This document shows positions 15,278 through 23,539 of a stretch of DNA of 27,566 nt, one piece after another. This DNA is from a virus (Duplodnaviria; Caudoviricetes), in the IMG/VR virus record IMGVR_UViG_3300031949_000140, positions 1 through 27,566 of that record; one strand, 5' to 3'. The position numbers and the translations under genes are program-made. A model generated the notes under the pieces. It saw only the letters and a program-made list of their open reading frames with translations, ran no database searches and had not been told where the DNA came from. Within the stretch, counting starts at the first letter, position 1. Every line of letters starts with the position of its first letter.

Positions 15278-16060
15278 ATGCCACGCATCAACCTAGAACT
15301 ACAGACCAAACTCAAACTTCTTGTCACTGGCAATCCAGGCATTGGCAAGACTACGCTGTGTGCCACGGCGATGGATGATCCAGCCACGGCGCCCGTGCTC
15401 ATCCTCAACTTCGCCGGCAACCCGGAGGCGCTCATCGCCCGGCCACCCGAGAAGCGTCCAGTCATTTGGAACTGCAGGTCCTTGACTGAAGTTAACAACA
15501 TCCTCACGTGGGTCCGCGGCGGCCAGGGTGCAGGCAAGTGGCGTGACGAGATGGGACTGGCAGAGGGTGTGAACTTCAACACTGTGTGTGTGGACCACCT
15601 CGCAGAGTTCCAGCGCCGCCAGTATGCAGACATCATGGGCACAGTCACAGACGCTGATGACATCCACGGCGGGAAGATTGCAGAGTTCAAGCACTGGAAT
15701 CTCATGTGGCAACGCAGCGTTGCGCTTGCCCGTGTGATGTCCGATCCAGAATGGCCCACTCATGTGGTGATGACTGTTCACATCAAGACGGGCGAGGATG
15801 GCATCGGTCGCACATACGAGCCCATGCTCTATGGTCAGTCGGACTTCGAGGTGCCAGGCTACGTGCTGGCACATGGGTGGTTGACGTGGACAAGCGATAT
15901 GCCAAAGTCTGTGCAAACGCTGTCGGGCGGTGCTGAACGTGTGTTGGTGTTCAAGGAGGCGTTCCGGCACATCACACTCAAGGAGCAGTACGGCGGGCGC
16001 CTGCCCACGTATGTGTTCAACCCGACTGTGCCAGCGCTAGTGAGGCTGATCCATGCTTGA
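15278..16060 (+). CDS. AAA_24 / Sak4-like ATPase (recombination)
   Basis: Walker A GNPGIGKT, Walker B VCVDHL, HVVMTVH; sits between the exonuclease and the SSB-like gene. Confidence 0.8.
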   Translation: MPRINLELQTKLKLLVTGNPGIGKTTLCATAMDDPATAPVLILNFAGNPEALIARPPEKRPVIWNCRSLTEVNNILTWVRGGQGAGKWRDEMGLAEGVNFNTVCVDHLAEFQRRQYADIMGTVTDADDIHGGKIAEFKHWNLMWQRSVALARVMSDPEWPTHVVMTVHIKTGEDGIGRTYEPMLYGQSDFEVPGYVLAHGWLTWTSDMPKSVQTLSGGAERVLVFKEAFRHITLKEQYGGRLPTYVFNPTVPALVRLIHA

Positions 16061-16436
16061 CGTTGACCTCTCCAAAGTGAACGAACTGAAGAAGTCCTGC
16101 ATCAGTGATGGCTACCTGTGGGACGAAGAGATGCAGATGCCCATGCACAGGGCGGTGGCTGTGCGGCTAGGCGTGACGCTGTATGAGGGCAACGAGGTGC
16201 ACCACATCAATCACCACCGCAAAGACAATCGTCCGGCCAATCTTATCGTGCTTCGCCACGTGGGGCACCTCATGGTCCACGCAAGTGCCAGTTACTTGTA
16301 CTTCGAGTGCGGTAACTTGCGCGAGCCAGAGACGTTGACTCTCACGCTGAAGGATGCAGGCATGTGGTACGACTACTTGGGGGACCGCGACCGCAGTAAA
16401 GGTGAGCAAACCACACGCAACAAGGAGACCACATGA
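16053..16436 (+). CDS. HNH endonuclease
   Basis: MHRAVA...EVHHINHHRKDNRPANLIVL...H. Confidence 0.85.
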   Translation: MLDVDLSKVNELKKSCISDGYLWDEEMQMPMHRAVAVRLGVTLYEGNEVHHINHHRKDNRPANLIVLRHVGHLMVHASASYLYFECGNLREPETLTLTLKDAGMWYDYLGDRDRSKGEQTTRNKETT

Positions 16437-16864
16437 GTGACTACGATCAGTTCGATATCGAGAACCTTGCCGTTGATCTCAGCGAGACTGTGCTCCCCGA
16501 CGAGGGGGAGTACAAGGTGCGCTTCGACGAGATCAAGGGCGGACGGTTCGAGCCTAGCGACAAGAATCCGCAGGGCCTGGCCAACATCACCTTCACGTTG
16601 ACCATCTACGGCGCGGAGGACCCCAAGGCCAACGGCCGCAAGATCTTCCAACGCAGTCCGCGTGAGGGTGCTGGCGCCTACCTGGTCAAGCAGATCATCA
16701 AGGTTGCTGAACTGGCAGACCCGGAGGTGGTTGTGCCACAGGCTGTGAACTTCAAGAGCCTGCTCAACCGCGCTGCGCTGGTCGCCATCAAGCACGACCA
16801 GGACAAGGAAAAGAAGTACGAGAAGCGCCTGCAGGTTTCGCGCTTCATCGAGATGCTGGACTAA
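16433..16864 (+). CDS. Phage single-stranded DNA-binding protein (DUF669-like)
   Basis: LPDEGEYKVRF...ITFTLTI...GRKIF pattern; typical position after a Sak4-like ATPase. Confidence 0.65.
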   Translation: MSDYDQFDIENLAVDLSETVLPDEGEYKVRFDEIKGGRFEPSDKNPQGLANITFTLTIYGAEDPKANGRKIFQRSPREGAGAYLVKQIIKVAELADPEVVVPQAVNFKSLLNRAALVAIKHDQDKEKKYEKRLQVSRFIEMLD

Positions 16865-16895
16865 CCTCCGGCGTCACCCCCGTTGGGTCGCATAA

Positions 16896-16932
16896 GGGCG
16901 GAGCCTGCTCACCCTCCGCCCACTTCCCTTTT
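16896..16932 (+). terminator. Possible terminator
   Basis: GGGCGGAG/CTCCGCCC stem followed by a pyrimidine-rich tract. Confidence 0.5.
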
Positions 16933-16942
16933 GGAGAACTTC

Positions 16943-19345
16943 GTGGATTTTCTCAAGATTGTGTTCAAGGACGCTCCGGAAGGCTCATTGGTCCGCTTAG
17001 TTACTGGAAGTTTTGGAGATGCGAACACCAGATACATCAAGTCATCACTGCTGCTGGTCACCACCAGAGGACTTACTGAGTCACTGGGAACCACAACCAA
17101 CGTGTGGTTTGCACCCGCAGTATTGCAATCTCCTGGTGACGAGAAGCAACACGTACTTGCCAGCCATGTACTATGGGTGGATGTGGATGCTGCTGCTCCG
17201 CCACGCAGTGCCTTTCCTCCAACGTTTGTTGTTGCAAGCGGGCACGGTTACCACTACTACTACGTCTTGAAGGGGTGGCTAACTGACACCGCCAAACTTG
17301 AAGCACTAAACCGTTTGATGGTAGATGAGTTGGAGGGGGGCGACGTTGCATGCTTCAACTGCAACCGTCTCATGCGGGTGCCAGATACGGTGAACGCTAA
17401 AGAGGACTCCAAGCCTGTGCCCGTGCTGTTAGTGGGTGCAACGGACATCGAGTATGAAGTTGGTGACTTCGATGTACTTCCCAAACTCAACGATAAACTC
17501 AAGCGCAAACTTGCAACTGGTGATTCACGTGGGTTCCGTTCGCAAAGCGAACTTGACTGGCACATCGTGCGTGGACTGCTTCTTGCAGGCGCCAGTGAAG
17601 ACTTAGTCAAACGGTTGGCATTCAACAGTCCATGGAGCAAGAAGTTCATCGAGGAGGGAGACCGCTACTTTGAGAGAACGCTTGCACGAGCGAAGCAACG
17701 CGCAACGGGGAGCACCACTGCGACCGGGCAGTTGACTGGTGTCATTGAGGAACGAGAGGATGGCTACTACATCACAAATGCAGCAGGTGGGGCGAGGCGC
17801 GTGACCACATTCCGTTTCACACCAACGTTGTTACTCGAGCACCCAGACTGCGATGTGCTACGCGGAGAAGTGCGTGCAGCGGAGGTTGACCACGTGTGGA
17901 AGGATGTGAACTTCACACGCCGTGCCTTCAACTCGCACGCTGCCTTCGTCAAAGAACTTCCATACGCTTCGTGGCAGGTGTTGGCAGGTGACATGGAGGT
18001 CAAACTGCTGCTGCCACACATACTCAAGCAACTTACTGACAAAGGACTTCCTCGTGTGAAAGCCACATCAGTGTTGGGGCAACACGGCGATGCGTTCGTG
18101 GGCACCAACTGTGTTGTAACCAAAGAAGGGGCGCGCACCTATGACGATGCACCCATCGTGTATGTGGAGCCGGGCCACGAGCGACCAGCCTTCCTTTCCC
18201 ATCCGCTGCTGGAGGCACAGGCTGTTGATGTCCCTCGGTTACTCACTCGTGTCTTGGCGATCAACGTCCCTTGTGTTACGTATCCACTCCTTGGATGGTT
18301 CACAGCGTGCGCTTACAAGCATGTGCTCCACGGAGCAGGAGTGCGGTTCCCGATACTTAATGTGTTTGGGACAAGAGGGAGTGGGAAAACCACGACTATA
18401 CATTTGCTCTCACGCATGTTCGGAAACACCGACCCCGTATCATACGACGCAACAACTACGCGGTTTGTCACCCTTAGTCTTATGGGTAGCATTAACGCTG
18501 GGCCTCCCGTCTCATTCAGCGAGTTCAGATCCGCCCACGGAACCGGAATCCTGAGGTTCATCCTGTTGTCGTATGACGTGGGGAGAGATGCACGTGGACA
18601 CGCAGACCAAACCACTACCACGTATCCTCTCCTCGCACCCATAGTGGTCGATGGCGAGGACATGGTAGCAGACCCTGCTGCCAAAGAGCGCATAGTTGCA
18701 GTAAACATGCACCCGGAGGACTTAACCGATGAACGACGCAGCGTCCTTCTCTCGCTTTCTAACGAGGAAGTGTCCTCGTTTGCCATTCCATATTTGCAGC
18801 GTGTCTTATGCACCGAGGTTCCGCAATGTCTCGACCGTGCCAGGCAACGTGTCACTAGTGCGTTCCCGGAGAGGATACCAGATAGGATCCGAAACAACCT
18901 CTCCATCGTTGCCTTCGGGCTGGAGGTACTTGAAGTTCCGTGGGAACGTGCACATCTTGAGGCCTCTCTGCTGAACATCTACAACGCCAGGATGGCACGG
19001 ACGGAGGCAATGGTGGATGAGTTCGTCACTGCAGTGGTCAATGCTTGCGAGCAGCGCAAGTCGGACTTCTTCTGGCACTCGGACACGAAAGCAGGCATAC
19101 TCTGGTTCCACTTCACCACGGCACTCATGTGGTGGTTTCAGTTAGCAAGACGAGCAGGCACACCCATGCTCGCACGTGAAGCGTTGAAAGTCCAGATACA
19201 GGAGAGATATGATGACTACATGGTGCCCTCTCAAGCGGTGGGCACAAAGTTCATGTTCGGAGTCAACCTTAAGAAGGCTGTTGCACTAGGCCTCGACGTT
19301 CCATCCGAGGTAACACCAGAGTCACAAGTCATACTGGAGGTGTAG
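16943..19345 (+). CDS. Primase-helicase (RepB-like/AEP primase + P-loop domain)
   Basis: LWVDVD, SGHGYHYYY, RLMRVPDTVN primase motifs; SQSELDW (PriCT-like); Walker A GTRGSGKT; GTG 16943 follows GGAG. Confidence 0.85.
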   Translation: MDFLKIVFKDAPEGSLVRLVTGSFGDANTRYIKSSLLLVTTRGLTESLGTTTNVWFAPAVLQSPGDEKQHVLASHVLWVDVDAAAPPRSAFPPTFVVASGHGYHYYYVLKGWLTDTAKLEALNRLMVDELEGGDVACFNCNRLMRVPDTVNAKEDSKPVPVLLVGATDIEYEVGDFDVLPKLNDKLKRKLATGDSRGFRSQSELDWHIVRGLLLAGASEDLVKRLAFNSPWSKKFIEEGDRYFERTLARAKQRATGSTTATGQLTGVIEEREDGYYITNAAGGARRVTTFRFTPTLLLEHPDCDVLRGEVRAAEVDHVWKDVNFTRRAFNSHAAFVKELPYASWQVLAGDMEVKLLLPHILKQLTDKGLPRVKATSVLGQHGDAFVGTNCVVTKEGARTYDDAPIVYVEPGHERPAFLSHPLLEAQAVDVPRLLTRVLAINVPCVTYPLLGWFTACAYKHVLHGAGVRFPILNVFGTRGSGKTTTIHLLSRMFGNTDPVSYDATTTRFVTLSLMGSINAGPPVSFSEFRSAHGTGILRFILLSYDVGRDARGHADQTTTTYPLLAPIVVDGEDMVADPAAKERIVAVNMHPEDLTDERRSVLLSLSNEEVSSFAIPYLQRVLCTEVPQCLDRARQRVTSAFPERIPDRIRNNLSIVAFGLEVLEVPWERAHLEASLLNIYNARMARTEAMVDEFVTAVVNACEQRKSDFFWHSDTKAGILWFHFTTALMWWFQLARRAGTPMLAREALKVQIQERYDDYMVPSQAVGTKFMFGVNLKKAVALGLDVPSEVTPESQVILEV

Positions 19346-19346
19346 G

Positions 19347-19793
19347 ATGTACGCAAAGATAACACGAGAATACACGTTCGACGCTGCCCACCTGCTGCCA
19401 GGCTACAACGGCAAGTGTGCTCACCTGCACGGACACACGTATCGACTGCTCGTGCAAGTATCAGGCGAGGTGAGCGACGAAGTTGGCAACAGTGATGACG
19501 CCATGGTCATGGACTTCGCTGACCTTGACGCCATCGTCAAACCACTTGTCTCCAAACTCGACCACCGCTTCATTGCAAAAGGTGACGAGTGGCCGTGCAA
19601 CGCTGCACGACTGGCCGGCGTGGATGACGTGTTCTACATGGGCCAGCGGACCACTGCAGAGAACATCGCCGGGTGGTTTGCTCACTGGGTCAGCAAAGGA
19701 TTGTCGACTATGGCTCCCAGCAGCGAGTTCGACACGAACTGCATCGTGTTTGAGACACCACGCAGCAGCGCCAGCGTGCGGTGGGAGGGTTGA
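19347..19793 (+). CDS. queD: 6-carboxy-5,6,7,8-tetrahydropterin synthase
   Basis: FDAAHLL...CAHLHGHTY, MVMDF, LDH, TTAENIA, FETP. Confidence 0.93.
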   Translation: MYAKITREYTFDAAHLLPGYNGKCAHLHGHTYRLLVQVSGEVSDEVGNSDDAMVMDFADLDAIVKPLVSKLDHRFIAKGDEWPCNAARLAGVDDVFYMGQRTTAENIAGWFAHWVSKGLSTMAPSSEFDTNCIVFETPRSSASVRWEG

Positions 19794-19794
19794 C

Positions 19795-20520
19795 ATGCAC
19801 ACGTACAACATCAACGAGGTCTTCACGTCGTTCCAGGGAGAGGGTGTGCACTGTGGTGAGCAAGCAACATTCATCCGCGCACAGGGTTGTCCAGTGGGCT
19901 GCCCGTGGTGCGACAGTGGACCGAACTATCACCCGGACGAACCGCTCTACGACGCCGTGGGGCAACGTGTGGAGGGCGTCAGCCACGTTCCGTCTGCAGG
20001 CAACACGTGGCCAGGCGTGGGTGGCGCAAAGATGACCGAGTACGATCTCTGTGCCCGCATACCCACTGACATACCACGCATTGTCATCACCGGTGGCGAA
20101 CCAGCGCTGCAGGACTGGGACGACTTCATCAACTGCTGGGAGTCCTACGTCGGGCACCATCGCACGGTCATTGCGTTGGAGACAAGCGGCCAGTACGAGT
20201 GGCGTGGCAGTCGCTGGCCTGACTGGGTGACCGTGTCACCGAAGTGGTCCGGCAACCCATGGCACGTGGAAGGCGTGTACTGGACCTACGTGGACGAGTT
20301 GAAGTACGTGGTGGACGACCGCTTCGATGACTCCATCGTGGCCGAGCACCTTCGCCAACTGCGTGAACTATGTCCGCAACGCGGCATGCCATACATCGTG
20401 CTCATGCCTGAAGGTGCTCCGCCGAACCAAGGGACGACCGAGCGCACGTTGTCGTTCCTCAAGAAGCACCACGACTGGCGTGCGGGACCACGACTGCAAT
20501 ACGACTGGAGGGTGAAGTGA
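19795..20520 (+). CDS. queE: 7-carboxy-7-deazaguanine synthase (radical SAM)
   Basis: EVFTSFQGEG, FIRAQGCPVGCPWCD, VITGGEP, ETSG, TVSPK. Confidence 0.93.
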   Translation: MHTYNINEVFTSFQGEGVHCGEQATFIRAQGCPVGCPWCDSGPNYHPDEPLYDAVGQRVEGVSHVPSAGNTWPGVGGAKMTEYDLCARIPTDIPRIVITGGEPALQDWDDFINCWESYVGHHRTVIALETSGQYEWRGSRWPDWVTVSPKWSGNPWHVEGVYWTYVDELKYVVDDRFDDSIVAEHLRQLRELCPQRGMPYIVLMPEGAPPNQGTTERTLSFLKKHHDWRAGPRLQYDWRVK

Positions 20521-21092
20521 AACCACTAATAGAGCCGCATGTCGCCATTGGGTATGCACTGACGAAAATCTTCGGCGCAACGTGGGCCGAGGGTCAGCAT
20601 GCACGAGACACAGCACAACGCATACTCAGGTACTGGCAGGCACTTGTCCCACCTCCAGTTGCGTCATTGGACAAGGCGTTCACCACCTTCAAGAATGAAC
20701 CACGTGCAAAGCAGATGGTGGTGTGCTGTAACATTCCATTTCACTCTGCCTGCGCCCACCACCTCCTGCCGTTCGAGGGTCATGTCCACATCGGCTATAC
20801 ACCGGATGCTGTGCTCTGTGGGCTGTCGAAGTTCCCACGTGCCGTGAACCACTTCGCACAGCGTCCACAGATCCAAGAGTTGATGGGGCGTGAACTGGCT
20901 GACTACCTCTATGCCAAACTGGAACCACACGGTCTGGGCATACGCGTAGTTGCCGTACATACCTGCACCACCTGCAGAGGCGTTGTTGCACCAGGCACCC
21001 TGATGGTCACAGACATCATGCTTGGCGACTTTCAGCGTTACGAAACCCTCAAGCAGGAGTTCCTATCCATGATTCGAGAAAGGACACCGTGA
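20517..21092 (+). CDS. folE: GTP cyclohydrolase I
   Basis: SACAHHLLPFEG, GLSKFPR, RPQIQE, HTCTTCRGV. Confidence 0.93.
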   Translation: MKPLIEPHVAIGYALTKIFGATWAEGQHARDTAQRILRYWQALVPPPVASLDKAFTTFKNEPRAKQMVVCCNIPFHSACAHHLLPFEGHVHIGYTPDAVLCGLSKFPRAVNHFAQRPQIQELMGRELADYLYAKLEPHGLGIRVVAVHTCTTCRGVVAPGTLMVTDIMLGDFQRYETLKQEFLSMIRERTP

Positions 21093-21511
21093 TGTCGTAC
21101 ACACCTGACGAGAAGGCGCTCATCGAGCGCGAGATGGCTGCATTCTGGACGAACTACACCGGACTGCTCAACGATGCCAAGCACATTGCAGAAGAACGCG
21201 GTAAAGAGTCCGGTGACAACACGCCTCCCTGGCACAAGATCTCCATGCGTGATGGCGTCATCACACTGCTGCGAATGAAGATCGAGCGCCTGGTTGACTG
21301 TACACCGGATAAGTGCATCGAGGAGTGCAAGGACATCATCAACTACGCGGGCTACCTCGCCGCATACACGTTGATGGTGAACAACATCCACCCGCCGGTT
21401 GTCACCAGCCAGGGCACACCGCCTGCAGTGAAGTTAGAGCCTGTAGACCAGACACCACATGCAAGTATCACTGCTGCACAGGCACTGGCTGCAAGAGAGG
21501 TGAAGAAATGA
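21089..21511 (+). CDS. Helical protein, DUF1599/nucleotide-modification-associated-like
   Basis: LRMKIERL...EECKDIINYA pattern, located inside the modification cluster. Confidence 0.5.
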   Translation: MMSYTPDEKALIEREMAAFWTNYTGLLNDAKHIAEERGKESGDNTPPWHKISMRDGVITLLRMKIERLVDCTPDKCIEECKDIINYAGYLAAYTLMVNNIHPPVVTSQGTPPAVKLEPVDQTPHASITAAQALAAREVKK

Positions 21512-22266
21512 AACTGGCCATCGTTGCGTCCCCGTCGACAGTGAAGTACGCCCGCCCCCTCGCCGGTGGTTACCACATGGCGCTGGCACACCTCATCCGT
21601 GACGACACCAGTTATCGTGAGTGGTACAACACGCGGGCGAGTTGGATGAACAGCGAAGTCATCCTTGACAACGGAGCGGCCGAGTTCGGCGTGGCAATGC
21701 GACCAGAGGAACTCCTCAGGATTGTTCGTGACTTCAAGCCAACTGTGTGGGTGATGCCTGATGTCATCATGGAGACCGCAGCCACGATGTGGTACTTCCA
21801 CATGACGCTGACGCTGAAGGACTTGCCACTGCCATTCATGGTGGTTCCGCAGGGGCGCAACTTCTCTGAGTGGTTGGACTGCTTCAACTCCATGAGAGAT
21901 GCACTAACTGAGCGCAACATGACCGCGTGGCTAGGCATCAGCAAGTTCTGCTTGCGCCACACCGAGCGGCTGACCATCCTGGAGATGCTCGCAGGCAACC
22001 TGCCTTCGTGCTTCACACACGTCCACCTCCTCGGTCTAGAAGATCCGCAGGAACTGTTGAAGGCTGCACAGATGTACCCATGGGTGCATGGATGCGATAC
22101 ATCTACACCCATCGCCATGGGACTCAAAGGCTTGCGCTGTCAGGACTACACTACCAAGATCGACATGGATTGGAGAGAGCATCACATCGACGCGGGTGAA
22201 GATGCTCTCATCCGCAACAACGTAAACTACCTCGTGGAGTTGGCACGTGGATACCAGGCTAAATAA
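21508..22266 (+). CDS. dpdA: DNA guanine transglycosylase (TGT fold), DpdA-like
   Basis: ILDNGAAE, MPDV, VVPQG, HLLG, GCDTSTP motifs; adjacent to queD-queE-folE; ATG 21508 coupled to the previous stop. Confidence 0.75.
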   Translation: MKLAIVASPSTVKYARPLAGGYHMALAHLIRDDTSYREWYNTRASWMNSEVILDNGAAEFGVAMRPEELLRIVRDFKPTVWVMPDVIMETAATMWYFHMTLTLKDLPLPFMVVPQGRNFSEWLDCFNSMRDALTERNMTAWLGISKFCLRHTERLTILEMLAGNLPSCFTHVHLLGLEDPQELLKAAQMYPWVHGCDTSTPIAMGLKGLRCQDYTTKIDMDWREHHIDAGEDALIRNNVNYLVELARGYQAK

Positions 22267-22351
22267 GGCGGTGGTCTTCGTGCTTCAAGTCGCCATCCTC
22301 GTGGTGGTGTTCACCACTTGCTCGCTCATACTAGGGGGCTTCCATGGGTGA
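22247..22351 (+). CDS. Very small membrane protein (34 aa)
   Basis: GGAG then GTG; MDTRLNKAVVFVLQVAILVVVFTTCSLILGGFHG. Confidence 0.4.
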   Translation: MDTRLNKAVVFVLQVAILVVVFTTCSLILGGFHG

Positions 22352-22502
22352 CATCGTTGTTCTGGTCACGTTTGGCGGCTTCTTGATCTGTGCATACCTG
22401 GCAGGCAAGAAGAGATCCTGGACTGGCAAGTTGGTCATCCTCCTCATTGAACTGACAGCACTGGGAATGGTTCTGCAGTACGCAGGGTTGGTGTTGCCAT
22501 GA
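22344..22502 (+). CDS. Small two-TM membrane protein (52 aa)
   Basis: Manual translation MGDIVVLVTFGGFLICAYLAGKKRSWTGKLVILLIELTALGMVLQYAGLVLP; ATGA overlap with the next gene. Confidence 0.55.
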   Translation: MGDIVVLVTFGGFLICAYLAGKKRSWTGKLVILLIELTALGMVLQYAGLVLP

Positions 22503-22789
22503 ACATCAAGCAGGAGGTTGCTGACTACATCACCGCGAAAACTGCACAGGGTAAGTGGACGACGCCACCTTTGCAGGATGCGCTGTGCTTCCTCGTGACC
22601 GAGGTGGATGAGGCGCTGGAGGCATACATGCGCACGAAGCCTGAGTACGTCCGCAACGACCCCACCAAGAAGTATGACCTGGGCAAGGAACTCGCGGATG
22701 TGGTGTTAATGGCATTCGTGTGTGCTCAGGTAGGAGGGTTCGACATTGAGACAGAACTTGCCATCACACTTAGCACTACCAGACGTTGA
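22499..22789 (+). CDS. MazG-like nucleotide pyrophosphohydrolase
   Basis: LVTEVDEALEA...KELADVVL (ExxE...ExxD). Confidence 0.8.
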   Translation: MNIKQEVADYITAKTAQGKWTTPPLQDALCFLVTEVDEALEAYMRTKPEYVRNDPTKKYDLGKELADVVLMAFVCAQVGGFDIETELAITLSTTRR

Positions 22790-23396
22790 AGTCAACCCTG
22801 TGACGGGCGAGGTGACTGAGCACTACCGCGATGCTTCCCCGCCGCGTGGCATCCTCAAGTACTGGCGTGAACTTCTGCTTGCGCTTTCCATCGTCACAGT
22901 CTGTCCCCTTGCGGGAGTCGTTGGCATCCACATGGTGGGGGCCGCGTTTGTGCCCCCACCTACCCACACGCCCACGCCTCTTCCAACCGTTGGACCCACG
23001 TCCACGCCGGTGCCCACACCCACGCCATCTTTGACCCCATCGCCCACGCCCGTGCCCACTGAACTCTTCCAAGGCTATGCCTACGTGTGGGCACAAAAGG
23101 ACGACGAGTATGACAATCAGTTCAGTGTGCCAGGTGATCCAACAGGAGTGCGCGCGTGGGTGTGTTGGACAGGAACAGCAAAGCAGAAGGATGGCTTTGA
23201 GATCATCGTCAAACTCGTGCCGACCTGTGCAACAGGCATTAACACGGCGTCCATGCCAGCGTGGAACGGTATCGCCATCAGCGCAAGCATGGCAAAGATG
23301 CTGGGCATGGACGTGAAAAAGTACAAGTATCCACACATCGTGGTGTTCAGCCTGAGTGGCGGAGTACTGCCAGGCTGGGAGGTGGTGGACCAGTGA
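22746..23396 (+). CDS. Membrane-anchored protein with Pro/Thr-rich linker
   Basis: TM helix followed by PTHTPTPLPTVGPTSTPVPTPTPSLTPSPTPVPT and a globular domain; start uncertain. Confidence 0.7.
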   Translation: MRQNLPSHLALPDVEVNPVTGEVTEHYRDASPPRGILKYWRELLLALSIVTVCPLAGVVGIHMVGAAFVPPPTHTPTPLPTVGPTSTPVPTPTPSLTPSPTPVPTELFQGYAYVWAQKDDEYDNQFSVPGDPTGVRAWVCWTGTAKQKDGFEIIVKLVPTCATGINTASMPAWNGIAISASMAKMLGMDVKKYKYPHIVVFSLSGGVLPGWEVVDQ

Positions 23397-23536
23397 GCAA
23401 ACGCTTTGTTGACAAAGTACAACGCGGACTCTATGAAGCACAGCGCCCGAAGTTCACACTGCGTGAATTCCTGCTAGCACTGATACTGCTGTGGTTGGCT
23501 GTGTCCGTGTGTGGGCTTGACCGGTTTCTGAGGTGA
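23393..23536 (+). CDS. Small membrane protein (47 aa)
   Basis: GGAGG then GTGA overlap; C-terminal TM helix. Confidence 0.5.
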   Translation: MSKRFVDKVQRGLYEAQRPKFTLREFLLALILLWLAVSVCGLDRFLR

Positions 23537-23539
23537 CTA

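Noticed and set aside
19483-21507. Long N-terminal extensions of queE (19483) and dpdA (21313) in the ORF track
   Set aside because: They overlap upstream genes in another frame; family motifs begin at coupled ATGs 19795 and 21508
21508-22266. Canonical tRNA-guanine transglycosylase for queuosine
   Set aside because: Too short, lacks the C-terminal Zn-binding Cys/His motif, and no tRNA genes or queA/queF were seen; a DNA-directed role fits better but is unproven
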